A stretch of DNA of 63,151 bases, the filler included, from Dugesia japonica (Eukaryota), in NCBI GenBank assembly GCA_001938525.1. It is 6 parts of 6 records of this genome, joined end to end, with 100 filler letters (N's around TTAATTAATTAA, not from the genome) between each part and the next. Parts side by side here need not be neighbours in the genome. Positions count along the whole stretch, not along the records: positions 24,234 to 32,976 come from MQRL01619809.1; positions 33,077 to 43,560 come from MQRL01617069.1; 4 more parts are not named here. The stretch is one strand, 5' to 3'. Below, in pieces: positions 26,221 through 39,399 of this stretch; positions within the stretch are counted from its first letter, which is position 1, and each line of letters opens with the position of its first letter. The notes beneath the pieces are model-generated. The model made no database searches and had not been told where the DNA came from. It saw only the letters and a program-made list of their open reading frames with translations. Made by a program: the position numbers and the translations under genes.

Positions 26221-27470
26221 ACGTAAACATTATTTTATTAAATGATGATATTAATTTAAATGCTCTGAATATAATAATAGTATTTACAGCTTTTTTCTTT
26301 TAATGTGACTTTCAAATATTTGCACTAATGTTTGATTAATTAAATTATATCACATTATACAATAGATTAAATGTTAGAAGCCTTAGTTTTTTTTTATCTA
26401 GTTTTATTACAAATCTTTACTTTTAGGTATTTACCATAGAATTCAAAGAAGGATTTTTAGTTTAGCTATTTTCAAGATTTCTTCACAATATTTAAAAAAA
26501 TATTCTTTTATATAATTTGTATATTTTAAAAAACCTTTTCAATTGTTATCTTAATTTAATAATTTATTAATATATTTAATAAATGTCATCATAAAAATTC
26601 TTTCATTATTTATTTAGTTCATTTTAAAATTTTATATATTTTAAAATTAAACTCCATGTTAATGATGAAACAATAATAATTATAATAATAATAATAATTA
26701 TAATAATAATAATAATAATATTAAATGAATAGATGAATAATGATACATTCCAAGAATCAAAAATATTTTTTGGTTATGAAAATTTATTTTCTTAAGAAAG
26801 CAATCACTATTGAATGTTATGACATGGTTATATTTAAAAATTGTAAATTCGGATTCCTTATAAAATATCTTAGTGGAAATTAAATTGAAAGATTGAACAA
26901 TAATTTATTGATTGCTAAGCCAAGATTGCTAAAATTTGATCAAGAATCATTTTTCATCAAGAAAGTCAACAAATTAGGTATATATAATGAAAACGGAAAG
27001 CGGATTAGACAATTACCTGATGAACTTCATGCTCGAATAAAAATAAAATTATTATGCTTAGAAAGTGATCAAGATTAATTTCTTCAATCTTTCATATCAA
27101 TAAAAATGAGAATTTGCAAAATAGAATTTAAGAGTGATGATGAAAACTAGACGATGAATATTTATTCACTTTCTGATTTATTGTTTTATTCACTAATAAA
27201 TAAATCTGCTTTCATTTAAATTTTTTTTTTCTAATTTGATTTTATAAAATTATTTATACTTTTTCGAGTAATAATATATATATATATATATATATAATCT
27301 TTGTATTTTATTTTAATATCTCAATTATTATTGTTTCATTTTAATTTCTTTATTATTTATAGAAGAGAATATCCAAAAAAACAGGCTCCATTAATAGAGG
27401 AGTTGGTCGAATCCATTCATTAAATGAGATATAGTTTGATTATTCTCAAGAGGCCTAGAAATCGAATGAT

Positions 27471-28095
27471 ATGAGTAAAGTGAGAGAAATTATTTACAGA
27501 TTCCTAAAAAGGGAAAGTTTCAATGATGCAGAAGTTAACAAAATAGAAGTGATAGGAAAATTTGAAAAGAAACAAAACGTAAGAGTTTCGTATGATAAGA
27601 TGCAAGGGAGACCTAGCATTTCACTGATGACCAATGGTGACCAGTTTGATTGTGTGTTAGATACAGGAGCAAGAATCAATGTAATTAGCATGAAAGGATT
27701 CAGTAGAGAAACAATGTTAGAAAAAAGCGAAGAACGATTGAATTGCGCCAATAACAGCTCATTGGATACAATTGGAAAGATACTTGTGGAAGCTGTAGTT
27801 TCAGAGGTGTGCAAGGAAGTAAGATTTATGTTAGTAGAGAAACTAATAGCAGATCTAATTGGTGGAGTGGAATTTCAAAATATATTTTGAAATCATCTTC
27901 AAAAAAAGTGCAGGATAGACACAATCATCGAGAAAGATTTGTTTGCAATATCGAGGTAAATTTGGAAGGCAGATACAGACGGGTGAACGATTGAGACATG
28001 CAATGAAGATTTTAGAAATTAACAAAGATCATAGATTGACTGCGATTATTCAGAATAATGAAGATGTATCCATGGCGGATAAATGGAACATTAGA
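27471..28095 (+). mobile_element. Gypsy protease region fragment
   Basis: CVLDTGARINVIS, CANNS.L.TIG, DLIGGVEF; ends at ADKWNI at the start of RT. Confidence 0.75.
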
Positions 28096-28753
28096 TATAA
28101 ACTCCTATTTTAACAAAAATGCACTATAACTCATCAGAGTGTTATCATGCTGATCGAGGTCTGTAACCCACATAGGCATTTTAGCACATAGTTACCTTTG
28201 GCAATATATAGACGGGTTGTAAAGACCGGGTCAAATACACCTTCAAAACACAAACATCAACAACCCACACATATACACTGACAATCTGTCTCAAATTTCG
28301 ATTTTTCAATAATTACATACACACACACCAGCACCATAGAATGTGTATTCAAACATGCAAATAAAGGAACTTTAAAATCTGATCAGATCAAAAATTTTAA
28401 TAAAAATTAGTTAATCACATCCAAAATCAATATATTCATCAGTTGGGAGGTTTGAATTGACCAATCAGATTAGTGGTATCATGACGACATATCTCCTACT
28501 AAGACCTTGGAATTTTATTGACAGTACAATGAGATAGAATGTGTGAATTTAGATTCTTTATTTTCGACTACTGATCTTACGTTCGTGATGTATTAAGACT
28601 ATAAATAAATAATCCAAATTATTTGTTATCAAAATAACGTAAATGTTTTAGTATTTCCATTTATTAATTTTCAAATTAAATATTAAAACGGCATTTAGTT
28701 TACAAAATAATTAAGCAGAAACCACAAAGAATTTAAGTCAAGCAGTGTCCTAC

Positions 28754-29425
28754 ATGGAAACAGATAAGGCGTATATTCGAAGGTGTATTCTGTATGAAAG
28801 TCAGCATGGAAAAAATTCAACAACAGCATGAGATTCTATTTGTTTCATTCTCGGAAAAAATGTAGTGTAATTTCAGTGTCACAGACAAACAACGTTCTAG
28901 TGCTACTATAATGTACATCAATGAATGTCTAGAACAACTATTCTTTTATAATTCGACACAGACACATACGAAAAGGAGAAATGGTAATCAAACATGATAA
29001 TCCAAAACATTAAAAATCATGGATAAATCCCAGAGTACCATTAACATCAATTGCAAAGCAAATTCGTTTTGGATAAAAGGATAAAATAACAATTCTTTCC
29101 GATTGATGTAACACTTGAAGCTGAAACCCCTTTTAGTAGAAAGAAAATTGTCACAAATTGGTTAAAAGAAAATATAAACCAAAATGAAACTATGCTGGGA
29201 AATCTTGGAGCGTATTTATCAGACATTGCTCAAATGATTATCATTTGTTCCGATCAATGCATCACGCCTTGTGCGATGCACACTTTCAATCAATGATAGC
29301 CATCAGAGATAGGCTAGACAACTTTATCGCGTCCAAACATCCAGATGTGTATCGAGATAAACTTCATCAGCTGACCTGTAAGATGGCTTAAAGTATAAAT
29401 AACAACTGCGATTGCTTTGATTGAA
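28754..29425 (+). mobile_element. Internally deleted mariner relic
   Basis: METDKAYIRRCILYE start; YHLFRSMHHAL...RLDNFIASK C-terminus. Confidence 0.75.
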
Positions 29426-29722
29426 AAATTTGTCAATTTTTAAATGAATTTCGAAATTAACTGAATCAAAATACCAGCAGCAACAAATGAATTTTTTCTG
29501 AGTTTAAACAAGATAAAATTCAATGATTGCCATTCAATTTGCTTGGTTAAAAATGCATTGAAACATCATAAAAGCGGAAAATAATAGAGACAAATTTTAA
29601 AACACTGAAAATATATTATTATTATTTATAGTTAAATATTTAAGATGGCAACTAAATATAATTAAAGTAAAAGAGATATTTAATAAATTATGTTGTTATG
29701 TTGAGTACGCAAAATATATTTT

Positions 29723-30714
29723 CTATAATAACGAATTTTTAATCATTTCATCTTCAACAAGATCTTTAATTTGACGTCTAATTGAAGGATCTTTAGCAAA
29801 ACAAGAATCAATAAATGCTTTGATGTTCGGATCGAATTTATTAGGTAAATTGTATTCAATGTTGCCAGTTTCTATTATTTTCTGTTGTGCCTCCGGCTGG
29901 CTCATCGAAGGATACGGCCTTTTACCTTTACAAATAAAATTAAACAAAATTACCCATTATTATCTCAATACCAGTGACGATTTTAACTAATACAGCACCA
30001 AACGACCACACATCACACGGGAATCCATATTCCCTGCTGTCAAGTATTTCAGGAGCCATATATCTCACTTTGATGTAACAAAATACATCCTGTTCATCCT
30101 TTTTCATAATTGAAGAAGTTACTCTATTTTCGTGATAGTTTGATAAATTAAAATTCGACAATTTCAGATTATTGTTAACACCAACAAGAATGCTTAATGC
30201 TAGAAACAATCAATTATTTCTCCTTGATCAATAAACATTTACGATTCAAAACTCGATAAACTATTTTTAAGTCATGTAAGAAAAATAAACCCTCTAAAAT
30301 CTGTGCTGCCCACTTAAGAATTTGTGTCAAATCAAATTCTTTATTCTTCAAATAATAACTCAATGTTCCCTGAAAAATGAAATCCATAAATACATTTTAC
30401 AAATAATTTTTGATTACTCCAATCATATTCTCCATAGCAACATAGAATGAATCATCATCTACGTAAACATCATTTAATTGGATAAATCTTGAATGCGATT
30501 TTGTGAATAAGAATATTTCCAATTCCTTCAACACCCAATCGTCTTTTTTCCAATTTTTTGAAATAATATTATATTTCTTGATTAATATATCTTCTTTTGC
30601 ATTATTAGTAGCGAAGTAAATTTCCCAATTTTTCTGTTTGAAAATAGATTTTCCTTTCTCTATACCTTGAAATCTTAATGGAAAATAATAGCACTGAAAA
30701 ATAAAGCTAAACAA
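29723..30714 (-). CDS. Protein kinase-fold gene with short introns; probable pseudokinase
   Basis: ILIKKY, LKELEI, FYVAMEN, QILEGLFFLH, YMAPEIL, CDVWSFG, DPSIR; catalytic loop reads YRVLNPLSILV and DFG reads NFN. Confidence 0.75.
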
Positions 30715-30889
30715 GGAAACAAAATGTAATTATTTGTATTCATGTATTATTAAAATGACGACTCATAATTTACGAGTTATATATCATTTATAATATGATA
30801 TAAAGTTTTAAATTTGTTAATATTAAATGATATTATTTGTTGAAATAATTCATTATTAGTAAACAGTTTTTGTTTAAATAAATAATTAG

Positions 30890-32290
30890 GGAAAGTGTTT
30901 AATTTTAGAGTAATTGAGTCAAAATTTTCATCGGTCTGGTTGAATTTGGTTCATTTTTTGACGATTTGGTTGAATTTTTCCTTGGTAAATTAGTCAATTT
31001 CGAGTCAGCTTTTGGGAGATTTTGCCAATTATTTACTTGTATTTTTAGTTTGGGTAATTTTTGGTTGAATTTGGTTACATATTTATTCTGGGTGGTTAGT
31101 TTGGATGATTTAGTCAATTATTATTCGGTTTGGATAATATTGGTTAATTATTTGTTCAGAATGGTCAATTATTTCCACGATAATGGTTAGCTTGGTCAAT
31201 TTTTGGGTGATTTAGTTAAATCTTTTTTTGAATATGGTCATTTTTGGATAATCAGGGTCAATTATTTCCCCACTGTGCTCAGATTTTGGGGGATTTGGTT
31301 AATTATTTTGTCAACATTAATACACTTGGTCAGTTATTTACTCAAGATGGTTGATTCTGGGTCGTAATGGTCAATTATTTATTCACGTGGGTAGTTTTTT
31401 GATGATTTTGGGTAATAATTTTCTTGGTATGGATTATTTAGTCAATTATTTGATCAGATTGGGTAATTTTAGGTATATTTGGTTGACAATTTCATCGGGA
31501 TTATCAGTTTGGGTTGGATTTTACGGAAAATCATTTAAAAAAGTCGAATTTGTTTAAATTTTCAAATTTTATACATTCTTTGATCAATTTTTATGGGAAT
31601 CAAGAGCATATTAAATTTTGAAAATTTTCGAAAAAAATGTTTTCGAAATTTTTACATCAATCGATGCGGAATTCGATGGAGATTATTTTTCACAAAAAGA
31701 ATTTTTCAAAAATATTTTTTCTTATCTTTACATAAAATAACCATGTATATTAAATGGAGAATTTTCCGCTTTTTCCAAATATTTAAACCTTAAATCACCA
31801 AACTTTATCCGGGATGAAATAATTGAAGTTTTGTCTCGAAAAATCGCAAATTTTGAATTTTGGCACTCAATTTTCTCTGCGTTACATAACAACTATGGAC
31901 TCATATTATGTCATTTTACTCAGGATGAAAAAGTGACTGTACAAAGTTAAAATATCGTCTAGGCAAAAATGCTTCCTAACGAAGATTTACAGCTTTCCTT
32001 CGGGATTTGGTAACTTTTTTCGAAAGTAACAAAAGATTTTTAAAACTTGTCGAAATTAGTAATATTCGATAGAGAATTTTTCACTGATCACGAGAAACCA
32101 CCTAAAATTATCAAACCTTATAGAAACAAAGTTATATTGAAAAAACATGTACTTAATTAACAATTATATTAGTTGCACTTCGAGTTTTGTAAAGGTTTTT
32201 TTACCCGATTTTTACTATCAAAGTATCTATTAGATAGAGAATTTTAGAATGAGTAAGAAAACATGGTCAAAAGTCAATAAACATTTACCT
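30890..32290 (+). repeat. G/T-skewed degenerate tandem repeat plus conserved block; same family as 5150-6560
   Basis: Recurrent TTGGT(C/T)AATTATTT units followed by shared unique blocks. Confidence 0.7.
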
Positions 32291-32976
32291 TAATAATATT
32301 AAAGTATTCTCCGAGGAATATTAACATTAATAAAAACATAATTACTTGGTCGTTGGTTTCGATTGTCAAAAACAAATTTTGTCTTGTTTTAAAATTTTTT
32401 ATTTCTCAATAATTAAAATTAAAGTAAAACATACTTACTTGGTCTTACAATAACCGATAGTCATTTTAGCAAATATTTTAGTAACATTTTGATAAATTAT
32501 TTTTCTACAATGTTCTTAAGTAAAAATTTGTAATTTTTCGCTATACNNNNNNNNNNNNNNNNNNNNNNNTAGCACTGAAAAATAAAGCTAAACAAGGAAA
32601 CAAAATGTAATTATTTGTATTCATGTATTATTAAAATGACGACTCATAATTTACGAGTTATATATCATTTATAATATGATATAAAGTTTTAAATTTGTTA
32701 ATATTAAATGATATTATTTGTTGAAATAATTCATTATTAGTAAACAGTTTTTGTTTAAATAAATAATTAGGGAAAGTGTTTAATTTTAGAGTAATTGAGT
32801 CAAAATTTTCATCGGTCTGGTTGAATTTGGTTCATTTTTTGACGATTTGGTTGAATTTTTCCTTGGTAAATTAGTCAATTTCGAGTCAGCTTTTGGGAGA
32901 TTTTGCCAATTATTTACTTGTATTTTTAGTTTGGGTAATTTTTGGTTGAATTTGGTTACATATTTATTCTGGGTGG

Positions 32977-33076
32977 NNNNNNNNNNNNNNNNNNNNNNNN
33001 NNNNNNNNNNNNNNNNNNNNTTAATTAATTAANNNNNNNNNNNNNNNNNNNNNNNNNNNNNNNNNNNNNNNNNNNN
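32977..33076. other. Artificial contig spacer
   Basis: 44 N + TTAATTAATTAA + 44 N. Confidence 0.95.
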
Positions 33077-34424
33077 GAAGCATTAGGATTAGTCGAAAAA
33101 GGAGTGGATACTAAGTGTGGAGTAGCAGTGACAGTAACAAATTATAATGGTCTATATCTATCAACAAAGTAAATTAAAGATGCCAGACCAGAGTTAGATA
33201 AATTGGACGTAAAAATAGCTACATATTTCAACAACAAAATTGATTTCCTGTATCATGAAATATTGAGACAAGTAGATAAAATATATACGGGTACCATGAT
33301 GGATTATTGTAAAGTTAAATGAGAGTTGTTGAGAGCAAAAATGGCAATGGTAGTTACAAATCCCGATTTGGTTGCACCACTTCTATTTGAGGAAAAAGGA
33401 ACGTTAGGAAGGATAGTGGGATAAACGTTAGTGAGCTTTAAATGTAAACCAGTAGCTGTTACGCTTACAGATCATGAAAAATGTACTAATGAACTACCGG
33501 TAATTTATAAGGGAGAAAAAGTATTTTTGTTCCCAATAACAAAAATTCTAACAGATAAAAATTATCAACCAAAAGTGATTGAAAAATGTAGTAATATTCT
33601 TGATCCCATGTACAATTTAACTAACGAGGTATGGATCACAGTATCAGATAGAAAGACAGCACAAACTCTACTGATGATGGAAATGATAGAGCTCAGTAGA
33701 ACAACAGAATTAGAAATAATTGATAATATGGAAAATCGTGGTATTTATACAATAAATGATATCGAAAAAGCAAGGAAACACATGCTTTTCAAAGAGAAAA
33801 AATAATATCGATAATGGTTGATAAAGTATCTAGAGGGAGTAATGGAGATGATGTAAATTTTGAATCACTATTACACGCAGATCATTTTAAAAAAGCAATG
33901 CGTAACTTTTTAGATAGATTTTTAGGGAGAATGCAATGGTTTGGCAATATATTCTCATGTATTTTATTTGGGTGGTATGTCTTAACATTTTTAAAATTAG
34001 TGGGTCATCAAATACTTTCTTTAAGACAACTACATGCAGTTTTTGGTTATACATGGAAACTAGGAGCATGTTTCTGCCCATTTATTGCAAAACACATGAT
34101 TGTACAAAACCATAGTGAAAAAATAAAGAACCTAGAAAAACACCGAGGTGTATATACGATAAACATGGATGATGAGCAAGAGCTTAAAAAATTAACTAAT
34201 GATAGATCATCAGAAACAGAATATAAACCATATAAACAAGAAAATATCGAATTAGAACANNNNNNNNNNNNNNNNNNNNNNNNNNNNNNNNNNNNNNNNN
34301 NNNNNNNNNAACTAATGATAGATCATCAGAAACAGAATATAAACCATATAAACAAGAAAATATCGAATTAGAACAGATAAAAACAGATGAGTCAGCACAA
34401 TATAAATATCAAAAGAATTACTCA
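33077..34424 (+). pseudogene. Env-like class III fusion glycoprotein (chuvirus G / herpes gB-like), C-terminal half with TM region, part of a Gypsy polyprotein
   Basis: YFNNKIDFLY...C...NPDLVAPLL..KGTLGRIVG*TL..FKCKPV.V......C.NELPV.Y....FLFP.TKIL...C...P.Y; then TM block WFGNIFSCILFGWYVLTFLK...LHAVFGYTWKL.A. Three in-frame stops and one A-run frameshift near 33800. Confidence 0.75.
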
Positions 34425-37400
34425 ATGTCAGCCATAGATTCGGACAATAATAGACCCACAACCGATATTATAATAAATGGAATTAGTATATCTTCATTAA
34501 TAGATACAGGAGCAGTATGCTCAATAATAAAAGAGTCATGGTTAAGTAAAGCTCAAAGACAAAAAATAAAAAATTATAAGCCAGAAGGTATAAAATCATT
34601 CACAGGCCATATAATAAAAACAAAAGGCATAATTGAATGTACGGTTTCAATTGGACAAGAAATTGTTACACATCCATTTAGAGTAATGAAAAATGGAACA
34701 CAGAATTGTATTTTAGGTATGGATTTTCTGGCAAGATTAAAAGGATACGTCATTGATTTGCAAGATAGCACAGTGAAAATGGTAACATCATTACCAGTAC
34801 TGGATGGAGGTCATTTGATATGTGCAACAGAACTAATAACAGCGGAACGCTGTAGTGAATGTATAATACCTGTACATACAGAAGTTTAAAATTACAAATC
34901 ATATATTGTTGAACCAAATGAGAAATTGATAGAGAAACATAATTTATCAATGATGCCCGGATGTGTAGAACCAAGAAAAGGAATAATACCAATGAGAATA
35001 GCCAATTATAATAATTACGACGTGATACTTCAAAAAAACACAAGATTAGGAAAATTGTTTGAAAATAGAAACGAATATGAAATATATGAAATTTTAGTTG
35101 AAGACCAACAAAAGAAAGTGAATTTACAGAAGCAGAATAAACAAACCCCGAATACGAAATCAACAAAAAAGAGTTGTCAACTAAATAAGCATGAACTATT
35201 TGAGCTTATAATGGAAAAACAAGTGAAAATTAACAAAATAATTGACAAAGAACTAAAAAAGCAGAAGCAAACAAAATATTACGAGAAAGCAAAAATAACA
35301 AAAACAGATCTTACAATAAATCAACGACAACAACTACAGAAATTATTAGACAAATATGAAGATGCATTCACTAAACAGGAATTTGATATGGGAGGAACAA
35401 ATATTATAAAACATATAATCGATACAAGTAATGCAAGACCAATAAAGCAACGACCATATGTAGCACCATATGCGTTAAGACCAGAAATCAAAAGACAAGT
35501 AGCGGAACAAAAAGCGAATGGAATCATACGAGATAGTTTTTCTCAATGNNNNNNNNNNNNAGTACCAGTTAAAAAGAAAGACGGTGAGATTAGAATGTGT
35601 ATTGATTATAGAAAACTTAATGAAGTCACAAAAAAAGATACACACCCATTTCCAAAAATACATGAACAATTCAATAAGCTAATGAAAGCAAAATACTTTG
35701 CAAGTTTGGATGCTAACAAAGGTTATAATGTAATTCCAGTACAAGAAGAGGATCGAGAGAAAACAGCATTCTGTACTGATGATGGGTTATATGAATTTGT
35801 TAGATTACCGTTTGGGTTATGCAATGCACCAGATACATTCCAGAGATTAATGAACACAGTATTAACAGGTATTGAACATGTAGTTGTGTATATGGATGAT
35901 ATACTCATAGCATCTGAAACATTTGAACAACATTTGAGTAATATAGAAAATGTATTGTCCAGAATTAGAAAAGCGAATATTAAATTAAAACCGACAAAAT
36001 GTAAATGGGCAGAGGAAAGTGTTTTATTTCTCGGACGTATTGTATCATCAAGAGGATAAGAGCCAAATCCAGAAAATGTAAAAGCGGTCCAAGATTTTAC
36101 AGTACTAAAAAGTGTAAAACAATTACGAGGATTTAATAAATTAGTGGGATATTATCGTCGATTCATACAAGATTTTGCAAATATAGCAGCACCATTGGTA
36201 GAATTAACAAAAGGTTTGAAAACAAAAGGGGAAAGTAAAAATGTCATGATTGTAGAACAATTAGATGAAAAATCAAAGAAGCCTCAGAAAAAATGGGGCC
36301 CAAAACAACAAGAAGCCTTTGATATATTAAAACAACAATTGCTAACAGCTCCAATATTAAGATATCCTGATTTTAAAAAGCAATTCATAGTAATGACAGA
36401 TGCAAGTGAATACGCTATGGGAGCAGTGCTCCGTCAGGAAGACGAAAAAAATAAAGATTATGTAATTGCATATGCCAGTAGAATGTTGAAAGGAGCCGAG
36501 ACAAGGTATTCAACAATTGGAAAAGAATATTAAGCTATCATATTTGCGTTAAAGCAGTTTAGACCATTTATATTTGGAAAGGAAATATTTATCCGAACAG
36601 ATCATAAACCCTTAGAGAGTCTATGGAAAAATAAAGACGCGTCTAGTAGAATACTGAAGTAGGCAATGAAAATTCAAGATATGAGTGTACGTATTATATA
36701 CAAGCTAAGTAGAGCGAATAAAAATGCCGATGCGTTATCAAGAATTCCAGAAGTAAATATATTGGAAATGATGTCAATTGTTATGACAGGAGCAAACCCA
36801 AAACATTTTTGGATGAGCAAAATAAACATAAAAAAATACAGGAGATTAAAAAGATGATGCTTCAGGAAAAGAATATTAAATATAAAATGTATAAGAATTT
36901 GCTTATGTACAATAATTTAGGGAAAAATCTGATAATTGTACCAGACTCTCTAAAACAATTATTTTTATTACAATACCATGATGGAGCGCTCGGAGGACAC
37001 CTGTCTAGTAGAAAAACCACGTCAAGATTACTACAAAAATACTATTGGGATAATATCAAAGAGGATGTCAAGAAGTGGTGTCAAGCATGTAGTATCTTTG
37101 CCACAAGAAAAAATACAGAAACAAAAACCAAAGTTCCACTGCAACCAATGCCAATACCCAGCTCACCAATGGAAACATGTGCAATGGATTTTTTTGCAAA
37201 TTACCAACAACTATAAAAGGCAATAAACATATATTAGTATTCAATGGCTATTTTACAAAGTGGACAGAGGCATTTCCTAAAAAAGATGAAACAGCAGATA
37301 CAGTAGCAAAGTTATTAGTTGAAAAGATAATATACAAATATGGAGCGCCAAGAANNNNNNNNNNNNNNNNNNNNNNNNNNNNNNNNNNNNNNNNNNNNNN

Positions 37401-38030
37401 NNNNTTTGATATTAAAAAAATAAATACGACGGCGTATCACCCACAAACTGATGGGTTAGTTGAAAGATTTAACAGTACACTATGTAATAGATTGGCAGTT
37501 TTCGTAAATAAACATCAAAATGATTGGAATCTATTCATTAAACCAACATTTTTCATGCATAACACAACTGAGAACGAAGCCACGGGATATTCACCATTTT
37601 ATCTTATGTATCTAAGACAAAATCATAAGCCAATAGATATAACATTTGAGCCAATTGTGTCACAATATATGGATAATACAGATTACGTCACGAAAATTCA
37701 AGAAAGATTACAAGAAGTATATAAACAAGCCAATCTAAAAGTAAAATTCAAACAGGAACAATATAAAGACTATTATGACAGAAAAGCTAAAGAACATAAT
37801 TTTAAAGTAGGTGATAAAGTAAGGATAAAGACACCAGTTACACAAAAAGGATTGACAAATAAATTAGCAAGACCATACAAAGGTCCATATGAAGTAGTAA
37901 AAACAACTCCCACAAATTTACACATATTAAAAAACAAAAAAGATGATCCCATAATTGTGGAAGTTAACCGATGCAAAATAACAGAAGCAGAGATTGTACC
38001 TGAAAAACAACACAAATATAATCTTAGATC
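34425..38030 (+). mobile_element. pol: Ty3/Gypsy pol: PR - dUTPase-like spacer - RT - RNase H - integrase (few stops and frameshifts)
   Basis: LIDTGA/ILGMDF, RMCIDYRKLN, LPFGLCNAP, YMDD, MTDAS, RTDHKPL, NADALSR, H-x6-H...CQAC zinc finger, YHPQTDGLVERFN, YKGPY, YNLRS. Confidence 0.95.
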
Positions 38031-38553
38031 ATTATCACAAAATACATTACCACTTTTTGCACTAACTTTATTAACATTAATGACAATAAGTGAAGCTCAA
38101 TTAGAAGAAAAACATGGTTCTACTTACATAACAAGAGTTATTTATTCGAAAAAAATTATACTCAGAGCACCGGAAGATAAGTAGAATATAACACATGTCT
38201 CTGGGGATATAAAAGATAGACCAATTGCATACACCCCGGACATAGATCCTGTTTATATCGAACAAGAATATAGTTTTGTAAGGATGCCATTGAAATTTAG
38301 TAATGGGATGGGTCAGATAGAGATAAAAGGGTTAGAAGCTAACACGAAATAAAGAATCTGGATACGTGTGCGAATAGGTAAATACGGGGTAGTAGAACAG
38401 CATATATTTACTACACTGCCTAAGAAACGAGAACAAGAGAAGTTAAGCGCAACAAAGTTACAAATAAAGACACAATTTATGACTATCTTGACAAAACAAG
38501 AAAAGTTGAGTACAACCAAACCACAAACAGAAACAAGTATTATTGCATTTTAG
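38031..38553 (+). pseudogene. In-frame extension after integrase: signal-peptide-like stretch, FN3-like domain, Thr/Lys-rich tail
   Basis: LPLFALTLLTLMTISEA|Q; the same frame read through two stops gives ...QIEIKGLEANTK*RIWIRVRIGKYG...HIFTTLP. Confidence 0.55.
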
Positions 38554-38744
38554 TATTTATAAAAAACCTTATTAATTTACTGTTTGTAAAAATCTTTTTA
38601 ATTATAATTATAATTAATTATAATAAAAAAACTAATTATTAATTAATTATAACTAATTATAAAAAAAATAAATAAATAAAAAAAAATAATTAAACAATAA
38701 AACATTTATTAAAATAACATTTAATTCTCAAAATATTCAACCAT

Positions 38745-39234
38745 CTTCAGAAAAAGAAGAAACAATCGCATAAGAAACATCGTTTAAATAAAAGGAAACA
38801 AATGAAAAGGTTTTAAAAACTTGCAAAAAGGAATGGAAAGAAGCTAAAAATGATGAACAGAAAGAAATATATTATTATAAACAAAGAAATGGTGTGTATT
38901 ATATTTATAAATAAAGATGAAATTACAAAGAAGCATTCCGTTTTTACAACTTTGATTAAATCATCAAAACCTTTTGGAATGCGAATTTTGCAATCATTCC
39001 CACCATATTTTATAGATGATTTACTTGAAATTATTATAAATATTGTTCGTGAAAATGTAGATTTGAGTGCAGCCAAAATGAAAACAGAAAAAACATAAAA
39101 TAACTTTATTAACGCTTGTAAACACAAAACATAGAAATACAATTAGACGAGTAATGAATACTCAAGAAGGTGGCTTTATAGCAGCATTACTACCAATTGC
39201 ATTAGCTGCATTAGGCCTAACTCATTTCAAATAA
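38745..39234 (+). pseudogene. Polinton small genes: basic ORF tail and core-like protein ending QEGG-FIAALLPIALAALG
   Basis: Homologous to 25760-26220 and 54654-55125; retains the GG motif and hydrophobic C-terminal peptide. Confidence 0.7.
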
Positions 39235-39399
39235 ATAATGGTTGACTTTATAGGAAAATTAATAATTATTACAATAGAATTAACTCAAATGAACAATAGG
39301 TGGATAGCAATCATTTACCTAATCTCTGCCTATTTGAATTTATTATTAGAATTATTTTCTATTTAACTACATAATTTGCTTTACTTGTTGGTTTTTCAT

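Noticed and set aside
30905-31793. ORFs 30905-31117, 30966-31190, 31351-31557, 31593-31793
   Set aside because: By-products of a skewed non-coding repeat; no domain signal.
32570-32976. Exact duplicate of about 30689-31095
   Set aside because: Identical, N-bounded and at a contig end; most likely redundant assembly or an allelic fragment.
34195-34375. Apparent 65-nt tandem duplication and stop at 34371 ending the glycoprotein ORF
   Set aside because: The duplicate flanks an N gap (unmerged overlap); the stop arises only from the arbitrary gap length.
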